The notes: generated from the sequence alone by a model not told the origin. Counted from the whole stretch's first letter, positions 1 to 13,357 are shown. The stretch is DNA of 63,152 nt, filler included, from Choristocarpus tenellus KU-1152 (GCA_964200185.2; 11 parts of 11 records of this genome joined end to end with filler, not necessarily neighbours in it), one strand, 5' to 3'. Numbers and translations: made by a program.

Positions 1-3000
1 GGTAAACAACCGACGCCAACACCTCCCCCCCCCCCCCAGATACTTTGACCCCTTGTTGTGGTGACTTGGTGGGATGATACTCTATCTTTTACAGAACAAG
101 AGAAGACGGTCTTGCTAATCCAATGTTGCAGTGAGTGAGTGAGTGAGTGCCTGCATGATGGCGGATTTTATGGGGGTTCAATTTTGGGAATCACCAACAC
201 TTAAACGAATATATTATCTTTCATTCTCCAGGTGTAAGTGAGAAACGTTAATACCACTATTGCCCACAGGTGAATCCTTGGTAGTTTGAAGGTTTATTAT
301 CCCAGGTGGGATTGGGCATGTGTGAAAATGTTTGAGTTGAGGATGATGATGAAAGAACTCCTGTGAGATACGTGGTATACCCATGGCCATGTCTATGGTC
401 AATTTGTTCTTGGTGTTGTATCGTGCTTAGTGCATGTAACATTTACAATGAGAAATATACAAGCATTAATGTAAATGGATATCTGCACAGAGAAGTGTTG
501 AACTAAGTTTGGCTGTAATTGTACAGCATTGCGCTCATTTCTAAGATGAGCAAGATGGGCGCTTAGAGAGAGGCAAAGGTCCGTAGAATTGTAGAGGGGG
601 GAGGACTTAGCCCAGGTGCCCATTTGAGACTTGATGGGGTGTTGTAAGAACACCCCAGTTTGATGCCCTATTTTAAGGGTGATTTTCCCACGGATTTGGT
701 GTCAGGCAGGAGGGTGGAATAGTAAGGCGCATGCAGATGAGGGATATTGATCTTGCATTTGACATGTTCACTCAAATGAAAGAAAATGAATGCAGAGTCA
801 CAGAGCCACGAATGGATGATGCCTAACCCCCTGCTCTAGGATAATAAATGTCCAAAGATGGTTTAAGTAATAAAATAAAATGCCTGCGGCGAGAGTGGTG
901 TGAATGGTGTCAACTTTTGATATGTGGTACTTCCTCTCATGGCTTCAACCAAACCATAACCATAACCCTTCCCAAATAGACAGGACTCTGTTCTATCTCG
1001 GCACCCTGAGCAGTGTGGAGTGTGATGACCATCCTCTTACTGGCCGGCATCCTCCTTGGAGTCAACAATCCTTTCCTGTGTGTTTGAGAAGTTGTTTATG
1101 AGTACTCCCTGGTGTTGTCAAAACTGAAGACCACCAAAAAGTAGGCCTCTGAGTCTTGCATCATTACCAACCCAAATGAGGTACATATCCGTAAGGTACA
1201 CCTTTTCTTTGAACTCCCACAGCAACTTCAGATACTCCACTGGCCGAATTGACCAGTGGGCAACAACAGGATTGTGCCTCCATGATGCCTGTCCAACAAT
1301 GACAGTGTGTGTGTGACTAGGAGGGGCTCAGTTCATAGGTGTCAGGGTTGTGAAGTGGGGCTGAACGTCCAGCCTGATTGTAGTTGGCCAGTGATCCTCC
1401 TATTGACCAAGCAAAATGCGGTTTGTGGTCAACCTTGGTCCGTAGATGTTGATTTTCATGTTGAAGCTGTATGATATCTACCTGCAAGGCCTACTTGTGG
1501 TGGGGTGGATCATACATGACATGACTACTGTAGGTGTCTGGTGTTGTGGCATGGTCGGGGTGGTTACTGGCTTTTGTGTTGTTTAGTGTGGTAACGGACT
1601 TCGGCATTCGTGGTTGCTGCTTTGTGGCTAATATGTTCAAGACAGATGTTAGGTACAGGACATCTTCTGTGGGCTCTATCTTCATGTGTTCTACGAGGAA
1701 GGTATAGTGGAGTCAACAATGTCGCACGGTACCCTTCTGGTAGAATACCTTCGAATAGTTGGTTCATGGAGGTGGTGCAGCATTACGTGTCATGTTGTTG
1801 GACACGTACTCATTCAACTGTTGTTCTGGTTATAGCCGTCTATGGCAGACAGTCACGCCATGTGCAGGATCCTATACGTTGATCAAAGCCATTTGGACGT
1901 CTTGCCATGAGGATGGGGGAGCAAAGGGTACAGGGGTGTGTTCAGGTGGTGTTTGCAATCCGGCAAGGTCATTTGCCAAATGCCATTCAAGAGTGCCAAT
2001 TAGTGCTTGAAAGTAGAGCGTGTCGGCAGGGAGGGCCTTGGAGGTTTCATTGCAGAAATTCTGTGCGTTGAGTGTCTATGGTTGGAAGTGGACACTGGTC
2101 TGCACTGATGTGACTGCACAGTTGCTGCGACGAGCCACTTAAGCGAACAAAGGTGGTGAATCTTCACCCCCACAAGCACCAACGGTATGGTCACATTTGA
2201 TGTTTCTGATGCTGTCTGTGCGTTTGAACCGACTGCCATCAGACATACGGTGGCATGACCTATTATTTCTTGCATGTGCTGGTCTTATTTTGGTGAAGGG
2301 TGTTGTATTCAGCCAAGATGATGGATGTCCTAAAGCCGTGCTGGGGGGTGTTTTGTTTTCTACTTCATACTCGCACAGATGTTCTAACCCTAACCCTAAG
2401 TTTTCTAATGGTGGCGAGCGATATACCCTGGTAAGGCTTCAGAAGGCTTGCCTGTGACATCGCCACCCCTCGAGGTGTTGACCAGGCCAAAGGTGAAGAG
2501 TCACAGAAGGGTACTCAGCAGGTGTGACACTGAGCAGGTGTGACAATCACTTGAGTCACCTTGATGGCTTTGGGAGATGGGAAACAGTTGGATCCACCCC
2601 TACGATCTTTGTTGTGGGGTGGGGGTGATCGATGTTGACAGTAGGATGTAGAGGCCTTGGGTGATGATGAGAAACTAGATGGAGATGTGTTGACCCCATG
2701 GAGTGATGAATCCATGCACTTGGTGTTGATTCCCTTGGAAAGGACACCTCAGTTGGTCTTCCAGTCAGCTATATCTCAGTCCACTTCATTCTCTTTGTCG
2801 TTTGAGTCAGTCCTGATGCTGGTCAGCAATGTGTTATTCTTCCTCCATCTTCTCACTGTTGTTCGTCTTGTTTGATGTTCTGCTCAGCTGCAGTGAGGTG
2901 GACAGCAAGATGACCCGCACATTGTGCCTGTTGCTGGCATCCCATTTGATATCAGAACTCCTCACATGTCCGGAGAGGAGAAGTATCACGAGTAAACTCT

Positions 3001-4169
3001 TTAATGAAATTGCTGGTGTTGCCAACATGGATTGCGCACTACTTGAGATGGCGCGGTTGGCCCAGACAAAGGTGGTCTAGGCATTCTCTAAGCTGGGGAT
3101 GTACCAAGATGGATCAGGACAGACGGTAACCATGTGGGTGAGGAAAGGCTGGACTAGGACTGGTGTGTACCTTGACGTGCTGTTTGGGTGAGGGCATAAG
3201 TAGTGACTTCAGGATGGAAAATATGGACTGTCAGACGCTCTGGATGGGGGTTCTCCCCTTGGGAGAACCCCATGAGGATTGTTCGCTGTAGAGAAATCCT
3301 GTAGGAGTCAGAAGTTTTGTGGAGACGTATCGGGTATGTAAAGAGTCTGGTCCAAGTGTTACGGTGATGGATGTTATTGGAACATAACAGTGTGAGGAAA
3401 AGGTAACCCTACTTTTCACAATAACGCCCGTTTTAGCGGTCACAATACTTCAAACACAATACTTCAAAAATCACTTTGTTCTGAACACACCGGCGAGGGT
3501 CATTCCCATCCCTCACAGACCATATCCCCGAGGGAAATGTACCCCAGATTGTGTGTTTGTATGTGTGTGTGTGTTTTTTTTTTCAATTATTGTGATGCAG
3601 GTTGTCATGGCTGAGAGATACCTCAAGACAGCGAAATTGACGTTCTCTTCAAGTATGTTTTTTTTGGCAAGTGTGTCGGCTTGTGTGGCAGCAGCCCAAA
3701 AGCAATTGTGATGGCTTTCTTTTCACCTCAGGTTGGGACCCCTCAGCCTAATGTGAAGAATATTAATATTATTGGTAGCTGTTTGTAGTGCATCAATAGT
3801 AACTATCTGTAGGTGTGAGGTGGTGGATGATTGTAGCAGTCGATGCCCTTCTACCTGTCATCCAACTTTTTTATTTTAAATATGATGGCCAGTTGAGAAC
3901 GTAATCTAATTGATTTTGTGCTGTCTGGTTGGGATGACCCTGGCCTGTGATGTATTCATCACAATAGAACCCTCTCATCCACTTCAAAAGTCAAATCTAC
4001 ACCCAGGCCTCATCCCACAGTTCCACATTTCCGCGTGGCTAGGTCAAAGTCATATCTTTTTACACAGGTAGGCATAGACATCCCTTGGCACATGTCACCC
4101 CTGCTACCCAGGCACAGCAGGCCCCCCCTGTGGCTTACCCCATGGTGCTGTTGAAGGAGTATTTTGTCT

Positions 4170-4269
4170 NNNNNNNNNNNNNNNNNNNNNNNNNNNNNNN
4201 NNNNNNNNNNNNNTTAATTAATTAANNNNNNNNNNNNNNNNNNNNNNNNNNNNNNNNNNNNNNNNNNNN
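4170..4269. other. Artificial contig linker with six-frame stops (also 10345, 20661, 23300, 31596, 44601, 49643, 52870, 56934, 59835; 100 nt each)
   Basis: An identical N44-TTAATTAATTAA-N44 block occurs ten times. Confidence 0.97.
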
Positions 4270-4318
4270 GGGGGGGGGGGGGGGGGGGGGGGGGCGGGGG
4301 GGGGGGGGGTGTGGGGGT

Positions 4319-4355
<37 letters not shown>

Positions 4356-4592
4356 GGTTGTTCCCTTGTTCCCAGGTACTCCATGCTCCTAACGTAATGC
4401 TGTTAATTTCGATTGCATGGGGTGGAGGGTGGAGGGTGGAGCGTACCTCTTCTATTCAAGCGTACCTCTTCTAGAAGGCTACGAGCGCTCAAAATGGAAC
4501 AAAAAAAAAGGGGCTAAGGATCGATCTTCAGAGGAAGGGACAGGGTAGCACCGATACATTTCCATTCCCTGATTGGGCGAGACTCAACTCAC

Positions 4593-6823
4593 CGGAACGA
4601 GACCACCGCAACACACAGCTGCACCTTTCCCGGGGTCTCCAGGTGCGAGGAGGCGATAGAAAATGCCCTGGGGCGCAGGCGGGGAACGATCTCGATGATC
4701 CGTTCCAAGGCCAACGGAAGGCAGGAAGGAAAGTCTTGTAGAACCTCAACATAGGTACGCTTCTCTCTCGTGGCATACTCGTATAGCAAGTCCGCCCCAC
4801 CAGGCGATGCCAGCTCCAGGAGCTTTTCGCTCTCATCAGGGTCACAGGCAAACACCGAGAGCCGCTCGAAGAATCCCCTCCGGGGCGTGCCCAGGATGTC
4901 CAGGTGACAACTGAAAAGGTCACCCACCGAGCACACAATAGGTGGGAATGGCGGAGCAGGCACAGGAGCGCATCCTTCTGTTGCCAGCCCCACCCCATCT
5001 GAGCTTGGTGTGCTGTGGACTGGTGTGATTCGCAGAACCTGATTGAGGTTGAGGCACAACATCTCAGCTAATGTCTCCACGGACTCGGCAGTGTTCTTAG
5101 GTTGAACCCAGGCTACATCCCCAGCCTTATACAGGGTGGTCGCTTCCTCTGACCCTGATTTATCAGGCGGGGTGTGTCCTGCCTCCATTTGTAGCTCTAG
5201 ATGCCGCACATCCTGAAAGTGGTCTGGTGCGGTGATCCTCTGGTTCACCAAAAGGTGTGATAGTTGCGCCCTCACTTCGTATAGTCCAGTACCACCACCC
5301 CCACCTGATATCGCCACATTAAAAGCTAAACCTGGGGTGCTGGAGGCATCCATTCCACCAGGTGGGGCAACTGAAGCCAGGAATTCTCTGCGACCATGCT
5401 CCATCTCTGCCTGGAGTGCAACGTCAAACACACCACTCTCACCTCCTGCAACAATGTTCACACTGTAGAGGGGAGGACTCAGCTGGGGTGTGTCGTCTGG
5501 TTCTATTCCACTTGGTAATGGACAGAGGTTCAAGAGCTTGGTCCATAATAAGGACAGCCAGGGATCCAGGTCTCCCCACATGCCGCGTGGGCTTTGATCG
5601 TCTCCTAGGCCTCGTGGTACCTGAAAGGCCAAGCCTGATCGTTTGAGAAACGGCAAGGAAGGATTGAAAAACTCCCACTGACAAAAACCCGATACTACTA
5701 ACCATACTCTATCAAGAAACAAGGACAGGATGAAGGACGTGTGTGCCAATGGTTCGGTTGTATTCTTCACGACCTGGCAATGAATACAGTAGTCTTAAGA
5801 TTGGACATGCATATAACACACGTCCTACACACATTCTACTTGGCGTTCTTGGTCCTTACACCCTGTTCAAATGAAGAAGAGCGAGCAAAGAATTGCCTCC
5901 CTTTCGTGCTATTGACGTCTCCAGACACAGACAAACGAGGAGGGACACATGACACTGGAGGCTTTGGGGCTTCTTCTGTACACTTCCCTAGCAACAGCCA
6001 GGATGGCACAAGACAGCAGTCCGGGGGGGGTTGAAATCTCACCAGCTCTGTCGACCCAAGCTGTAACAAACGTGCGTGAAGCTTCCGAGCGGCAGCATTG
6101 TACTTGATATAGCTACTGTCCCCCAAACCAAACACGCCGAATCTCATGCCTGCAAGAGAATCCATGGGAAGGCTCCTGCATAATGACGGGTCGTTTTGAA
6201 TTATATCAAAAATTTCTGCACAACACACTCGGAAGATGCATAAGGCATTGATCAGTTACATAATCCAACGCTATCCGCATCCACTCCAACTCGTGGAAAA
6301 GGAAATTCAGGAACGCTGACACATGCTCCCGCCCTTAGCAGTGATGGGCTTGCCTGCGAAGGATGAACTGCCAGAACTTTTTCATATTACTGGGAACCTC
6401 CCCATCTCCAGTTGTGCTCACAATGAACACGGCCATGTAGGTGTTTGGTAACTTTTCCAGATCGTAACTATCCAAGGAGCTTACCCTCACGTCGAAGCCA
6501 CGCCTTCGAGCCATTCCACCCACATACTCTGCAACTTCCTGCATTGTTTCAGTACAGTTAATTTTTGTTTAAGAGTACGGTGAGACGGGATAGATGGACT
6601 TGCTGCAGCTATATGTGGTGGATAGTTTCCTTTGATCCCTAGTAAGTTGACCTAGATCCTGCTTTCCTTGTGGGTCCCAACACACATGGAATCCTTCATC
6701 CACTACAAATGCTCTGACCTCTGCCGTACACGTTTGACTCCCGTAGAGAACGGCCAGTGGGTGTACAGCTGGTGGTATGCTCTTCCGTTTGTTCGATACA
6801 GCTTCTCCTTCCAACGAACCCAT
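4593..6823 (-). CDS. NDOR1: NADPH-dependent diflavin oxidoreductase 1 (Tah18/NDOR1), 5' part; exons 6823-6719, 6538-6354, 6175-6043, 5620-4593; the NADP-binding 3' exons lie beyond the contig end
   Basis: Flavodoxin motifs LYGSQTCTAE, STTGDGEVPSNMKKFWQFILRRSLP and FGVFGLGDSSYIKYN; FAD-domain motifs NQRITAPDHFQDVRH and PRAFSIASS. The exons join in frame with GT-AG, GC-AG and GT-AG introns, and the last exon ends at CG|GTGAGT. Confidence 0.93.
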
Positions 6824-6975
6824 CTCTCTTCACCTCTATTGTATTGAAATCTCAAAAGGTTGACATAGTGTCTCGGGTGGATAAGTTTTCCCGCTTAATC
6901 TCCCCGAGAATTGTTTCATTATCGTGACATCGAACATGATGGTGATGTTGGAGGAGAGGAATAGTGGGGAACCCG
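6824..6975. promoter_or_regulatory. Short bidirectional promoter region between NDOR1 and the acidic-protein gene
   Basis: Only about 150 bp separate the divergent ATGs at 6823 (-) and 6976 (+). The gap contains a short inverted pair TCTCGGG...CCCGAGA (6871-6909). Confidence 0.5.
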
Positions 6976-9742
6976 ATGGAGGAATGGCTTGCTGTCACGC
7001 ATGGAGTTTCTCATGATAATGGGAGCCAAGTGCTGTGTAGCTCGGTGCTGGAAGGGCAAGATGAAAATACGGAAGCCCTAGAAGAAGAAGTTGAAGCAAA
7101 CCTCGGGACGTTTGAGAGATCAGGTCGATCGAATAGTAGCGTGAAGGAGGAAGTAGAGCTTACTGTGGCTTGTCCAGGCCCAGACCACGAGCTTGATTCT
7201 CCGGTGCCGGTAGGCGGCAATGAAATTGGTTTTGAAGCGGATAGAGAAGACTGGGGGGACTTTGAGCAGATTTTACACTCTAGTAACCTAGACGCGGATG
7301 GTACTGGTGGCGAAGTCAATGGGGCGGGTGAAGTTGTGGATGAAGCAGGGGATTGGATGGTCGATCCTAGTACAGCATTCAATGAGGCAGTGCAGGTAAC
7401 TGGGGAGGTAGATGGCGCTAGCGAGGATAAGGGGGAAGAATTGTCATATCACGAGATATCCTCAGTCACAACAGAAAACAAAGTCTCGGCAATACCTGGT
7501 TGTGGAGACTTGAAGGTGGACGGGGAGTTCAAAGCCAGTGTTGTGACAAAAGAAAATTGGGTAAGCATCGAACCTAGTACCTTAGAGATGGTGTGCACTT
7601 TATCATCGACCACGCGACCAGGTCTCTCGCGTGAACCATCTACAAGTGAAGGATTGGAGCACGAGCCTATGCGGTCAAAAAAAGAGGACCCAGCAGGAGG
7701 AGAATCTGGTGAAACAAGGGAGACTGGGATCGATGCTGAGGTAGAAGTGGACTGGGGAACCTCCAACCAAAAAGCAGCAGTTCCTGTATTCGAGGTGGAA
7801 AGAAACCAACCCGTGGTCCTGAATGGTGGAGGTGATGCACAACTGATGGAGGTCCGATTTGATGCCAAGGCAAAGACTAACTTGGCAGGTTTTGGTGTTC
7901 AGCCTGCCCAAGTTGGGGCTGTGTCACTGCCGGAGGACGTACCTCTTGGTCTACGTAGCGAACAAGAGGTATGTGGTGGGGCTGAAGGTGGGGCTGAGGT
8001 CTGGGGAGACTTGGATATGCAATCGTCATCCCCAGCTGGTAGGGAGGAAGAGGACAAACTTGTGCTCCCCACTGAGGAAGAAAAAAATTCACCCTTAGAG
8101 GCTGTAGATGATGCCGGTGGATCACCTAGTTTAGGGTGCACTCAGCAATGTGCAGTGGAGTCTGCTGTGATTTTGACGGGAGAGTTGCTAGCAGCGCCTC
8201 ATGAAGAAAAACTAGAGATAGCTAAAGATGATGCACTTGTCACAGAGGTGATGGCTAGGACTGACTCTGAGGTGGAGGCTGCAACTATTGACGGTGATGA
8301 CTGGGAAGACTTCTCGAAGAACGTTGAGGAAAACCCTGGATTGGACAGAGATAGAGATAGGAGAGCACCAGGTGAGGTAGAAATTGAGGGAACCGTGGGA
8401 GATGGAGTTGGTGCTGCAGTAAGTATGCCTTTGGTGGATAGTGAGGGGAAGCTATGTGACCCACCTGTTGGGATAGATGTAGAGCTAACCAAGAGGTCTG
8501 CAGTGGAAAGTTGGCCATCTGAGATCTCTGGGATTGGCTCTGATCCTCCCGTAAGCGATAGAGTATCATCACAACACGTTGAAGCAGACCCACCTGCAGA
8601 GGAAGGAGGAGACTTATCCATGGGTCACGGGGAAGATGTCAATGGCACAACGCCTATAGGGGTTGATAACGAGGCTACCTGCAAGGTTGATGCAGAGTTG
8701 ATTGCTGAGGGACAAAGCGGCGACGACTGGGGAGATTTCGAAAAGGTTGTGACTGGCCCGGAAAGCGAATCAGGTACAAGTTTGTCAATGGAGCCTGCGG
8801 GTGGGGATGAGCTAGCAGATAGTGTTGCTGCTTGCAATAATGCTGAGGATGTTCAAGATGATGGCAGTGCTTCGCTGCAGCAAGAGCGTGCTTCTGAAGG
8901 GGAAGGTCTCGACAATGGTACGGTAGATGCATCGGGCGATGTAGATGATGAAGATGATGAGTGGAGTGACTTTGGGGACTTTGAGGAAGCTCCTGCTGGG
9001 GAAGAGGCAACGGTTCCTTCTTCAGCCCCAGGTGGCAGTGAAACAACTGAGATTAAAGGGAAGGGAGACGTGCACGCTGTGAGGGAAGCGGAATCTAGAA
9101 GCCAAGGAGTCCAGCAGCCCGAAAGCTGGGAAGCTTTTGCAGAACCCGAGGCTCCTCTTGTGCCTGTTGCGAAAGCTCCGCCGGTGGTTAGAACACTTGC
9201 GGTGAGACTCTATTCTGGGAGGCGTATTGCGAACTGGCGATTTTGCAGTATATTTTTTACTTCATCTTCCTTGTACCTTTTTTGTGTTTTGTCGTGTAAC
9301 CCCCCCAGAAAGGGAGAACGCCTGCCAACTCACGATTCTGACAGTACCTTGCCGTGCTCGCGCTTTGTAGTGCATTCAGAACAAAACTGTCATTTCAGCT
9401 TCCCCTTAAACCTTGCAGCTACTGTCTCCTGTTGACTGTACCCACTGCTCTTGCTTTGAGAGGGTGTTCCATGTCCAAAGATAGTGCTGTCCAAGCCTGT
9501 AGTATGATAAAGATTCCCCCTGACACGGCCCTGAAACACTATTGCGCGCGCGCGCGCGTTTGTGTGTGTGGATCTATGCTCACCAGGATGAAGGAGGATC
9601 GCTGCACAGTGTTAAAGCGTTCCTGGCGATCGCTGTCAATGTGTGCAACACCGCCTTTGGTTCCAGAACTCCAGGGGAGGGGGGTGGCAAAAGCAAGAGT
9701 CTGATGTCCCTTGGAGAGCTCGCAGACCTCTCGACGCTATTG
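6976..9742 (+). CDS. Large acidic, low-complexity protein with repeated WxxF/WGDF clathrin-adaptor-binding motifs (aftiphilin/gamma-synergin-like); exons 6976-9201 and 9587-9742; 3' incomplete
   Basis: 2.2-kb open exon rich in E/D/G with EDWGDF, DDWEDF, DDWGDF, DDEWSDFGDFEEA and ESWEAF. Donor GCG|GTGAGA at 9202; next exon bounded by CACCAG| and |GTAAGA, in frame. The family assignment rests on motifs only. Confidence 0.75.
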
Positions 9743-9882
9743 GTAAGAGAACTAGTAATGGGAAGGCGTGTTAACGTATGGGAAAGTGGTAGAAGGAAAT
9801 GTACCGATGAGCATGAATTGTGTTTTTTTTTGTTTTAGGTGTGTCGTTTGTCTTTCGCCCTGGTTCTTGGTTAGGGTTAGGG

Positions 9883-9920
<38 letters not shown>

Positions 9921-10849
9921 TTAGATCAGCACTAAACTCACCACTGTAAGTACACAAGTATTGGTCCAGGAGGAGGTGATGATCCTAAAGTACATAGAAC
10001 TGGGTGTAGTTACAGTACTTGATTGTGTATCTAAAATGCTATCGTAGAAAGAAAAAAAAAATGGAAGGTGAACAAAGCACCACGTCCATCTTACGTATTA
10101 ATATGGAGGCGTGAATTCTTGACGCACGCACGCCTTGACCCCCTTGATCACTGCCGCCATGAATCCCCTGTGGTAGGACACTGAAGGAAGAGAGAGTAGG
10201 AGGGAAACGCTGAACCCAAATGAGAGCGTGCTTTCAGTTTTCGTTGACTGTCATGAAGGAATCGCTGTTCACTCTTATGTTTCCGTGTCCTGTTTCTTGT
10301 CATCCCCCTACCTCAACCCCAGTGGCGTCCACTCTCCTCCCTCCNNNNNNNNNNNNNNNNNNNNNNNNNNNNNNNNNNNNNNNNNNNNTTAATTAATTAA
10401 NNNNNNNNNNNNNNNNNNNNNNNNNNNNNNNNNNNNNNNNNNNNTCATACAAACACTCAGTTCAATACACACCATGCACTATTATTCACTACTCGCAGAC
10501 AAATTCAATGTACAACATAAACTTCAAAATGTATCAACTTACGTCCTTCTCTTAGGAAAAATGTTTCAGCATCAAGAGAGGCGTATCTATTCAGGTCCGT
10601 GTATAGATACATATATACCTCCAACAGATACTCATTAACAAATAAACATATAAAACACTTCTTATGCAGAGTATGATACAAACAGAACAAGAAGAGTTGG
10701 ATCTGTGACTCATCTCATGTTATGGGCATCTCTGATTGTGCAACATTATAGCTATAATTAAAAAACGCTATAAATCTTAATGCATCAAGTACAGTCAAGT
10801 ACTGAGAAATAAAATTTATGTGCAAGAGAGACAAAATACGCTACCTCAC

Positions 10850-11555
10850 CTCATACTGTACTTTCCTAGCCAGTTTTGCTTTTACCCTCTCCTTCTTTTC
10901 TTCCTTCTTGCGACGAATTTCCGAGTCTTTACCAAGCCCGACAAAGCAGTTCAATACTGAGGAGCACAGCAACGCATATAGGCCTAATACACATCTATCT
11001 GCAGTAGGAAAAAGCATAAAAGGAATGTAAGGGGGGGGGGGTATAAACATCTTTGTGGCGAATCATTAGGTATTATGTACACTTACAACTCTACACTATT
11101 TGTTGTAGCACAAGACAAAAGCACATTTTTGATCCTAGTTCTGATATCTAAATTATGGGTTCCTCTACATAATACTCAACAAACCAAGAACATCACTTCA
11201 AAATAACAAGCCTCTCGATTGGCATTTGTACTATTGATACTAATATGACAGTCACATTGCTAAGGGGGGTTGCATCTGACATTCGACAGTCAAACTTTAG
11301 GATCACCGACGCCCCTCCCTGCTAGATGTTCGAAGGAGGTGCTAAGTGACCTCAGAGTGTAGTTTGGAGATTCTTAGCAAATGAAACCCCCCGCTACAAA
11401 TTACTAGTACAACCTCAAATCTCTTTTCAAGTCACCATTACCTCTGTTTGGATCTGGCAGTTGTCGTCCCTGCTTGCTTTGTCTGTCCCTTGCATGCCTG
11501 GAGGTCTCTTCACCAGAAATGCTGCCGACAAGTAGTCATCTTCATCATCCGCCAT
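10850..11555 (-). CDS. Tentative 5' exons of a GPATCH11-like protein
   Basis: ATG at 11555 gives MADDEDDYLSAAFLVKRPPG, resembling the GPATCH11 N-terminus. A downstream basic exon DSEIRRKKEEKKERVKAKLARKVQYE ends at donor GAG|GTGAGG (10850). Exon phases do not join directly and no G-patch is visible before the gap. Confidence 0.4.
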
Positions 11556-12849
11556 TTTTGTCCATTGTTTGTCGACATTGTCCTGAAAATGTCTTTCTGG
11601 TGATGAGAAAAGTGGACCATGTAAGCAAGTGTTATTGAGGAGGTGTGAAAGTGCTCTAAGTTGACATATAAACCAACATCTCCCCTCGCTGGTGTTTGAA
11701 GCGATTCGCTGTTGTACAAGATAAGGTGATGTAGTCCCGTTGTTCTTCAGTTGTTGGTACTCGATATTTGGCGTAGATTGTGAGTGAGCCTAACCAACAC
11801 AAATATTGTACAACATTACATTTTGTGTCGGGTTTGCGCGCGGTATTTTCGCGCTTCAACCTCCCTCAACGCCAGGTCATACCGACTCCTTCGTATTTGT
11901 GTGATCGAACCCTATCTTGAGAAAGGAACCTCACCAAGATCCACCAACAAAGGAGAGGTCCCCACAAGCAGTAGACTTTGATCGATCCTTGTCACTTATA
12001 TCTTGGACTCGGCCTTCATAAACAAGTATCGGTTGAAGAGGCAGTAAGGGCAAACGAAACGTTGAGCACAAGAACCAAAATAGGCATCATAAACAACACT
12101 TGGTTGGGTTGCTTGAGTCTGGTCCTTCTACATAGAGCTCTTCAATTCGTCCGGCATAGGAGACTGTCATGCCACCTAGCCAACCCTCACGCCAGGATGC
12201 GTTCAGTGGAAATGGAAATTTACTATGCAACATGAGCATGTCCACTCCAAGCAGGAAAGATAATAGGTAGGAAGATTTATGTATATATATATATATATTC
12301 GGCTATATGCTAATGTATGTGCAGAATGACTGACATGTGATCTGTCTCGATATACATATATTTATATACCTACGGAGGAGTAAGTTCCACAGTCCAACAT
12401 AATAAGCTACAAGGATGGTACAACAATGGACAAGGAGGTATTTTTGACGTTGACAGTTCAAAGCATCCCATGAAAATTAAGTTGCTTAAAAAAATCCAAC
12501 ATGCCCAGTATGGTTTACGATATGCTCTTATGCCAATCCGTGTAGTTGTCAGCAGTAAGATTTTGTGTTTACACGTATGTGTGCGGAGAAATGATGATGG
12601 GTAAGGGTGGATGGATGCTGTCCTTGCAAGTACTTTTTCATAGAATTATTTGTCGTATTATATTTAGTTTTAACGTACTACGAATTTCTTTTTATTAATA
12701 TACGTACAGATAGAGGGTGTACCTGTATAAGAGAGGTCGATATAAGAGAAAACAGGATATAAGAGAGGGTAAATTGCCTTGTCACAACTTTTAAGGATAT
12801 AAGAGAGGTTTCGGTGTTTTCCTGCCGATTCTCTCTTCTATCGAGCAAA

Positions 12850-13357
12850 CTTGCATTTTTCTTCAATACTTGACCAAGGATTGATTTTGAAACCAGCTGA
12901 GGTTAGGCAGGCTGTTTGACTTGTTGTGTAGAAGTACTGCAAGAAGGCGTACATGCAATATCTTGTCTACTTCAAGACGGCTGACACTGGACCAGAAGCC
13001 GACAAGGAGTACAAGAGGTACAAGTCTCATAGGCGCACAGCACATTCGGCATTCCTGGTAGGAGATGGAGATAAGAGTTAAATACACATTTACCATTCAT
13101 TCCCTGGTCGTTCGATTGGCTGGCGTTTTTTCCTGCCTAACCAAGTAAGTATACTTTAATCAGGTAATAGTACATCTGTTGCCCACTCTTGGTGACCTAC
13201 AATCCATGGTTCGAACCCCAATATGAGCGCTGTTTAAAAAAATAACAATAATCGAAAAAACCCCGAAGCCCCTGCTCTGGAGGGATTTGTGACGGGCATC
13301 ATGAATGTGCTTTTATTTTATAATCCGATGTCTACATCAAAAGCTATGGTACCACTA
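12850..13357 (+). mobile_element. Family E 3' fragment
   Basis: Matches the reverse complement of 48007-48520 and ends GGTACCACTA|TA. Confidence 0.8.

Noticed and set aside
1100-3444. Degenerate gag-like region with a possible TG...CA LTR at 3229-3444
   Set aside because: It looks like decayed retroelement DNA, but I could identify no diagnostic motif, PBS or TSD.
3601-4169. Possible small plus-strand exons
   Set aside because: Splice signals exist but there is no recognisable protein or consistent frame.
4170-4269. TTAATTAATTAA palindrome recurring ten times
   Set aside because: It is always centred in an identical N block, so it is an assembly linker. This also voids any gene-cluster reading across pieces.
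4270-4352. Long poly-G tract or G-quadruplex
   Set aside because: It sits at a contig edge and is probably a sequencing artefact.
7011-9046. Many Ser/Pro-rich antisense ORFs
   Set aside because: They are shadows of the acidic plus-strand exon.
12190-12556. Possible plus-strand exons (e.g. WYNNGQGGIFDVD...)
   Set aside because: Open and splice-flanked, but the phases do not join and I recognised no homology.
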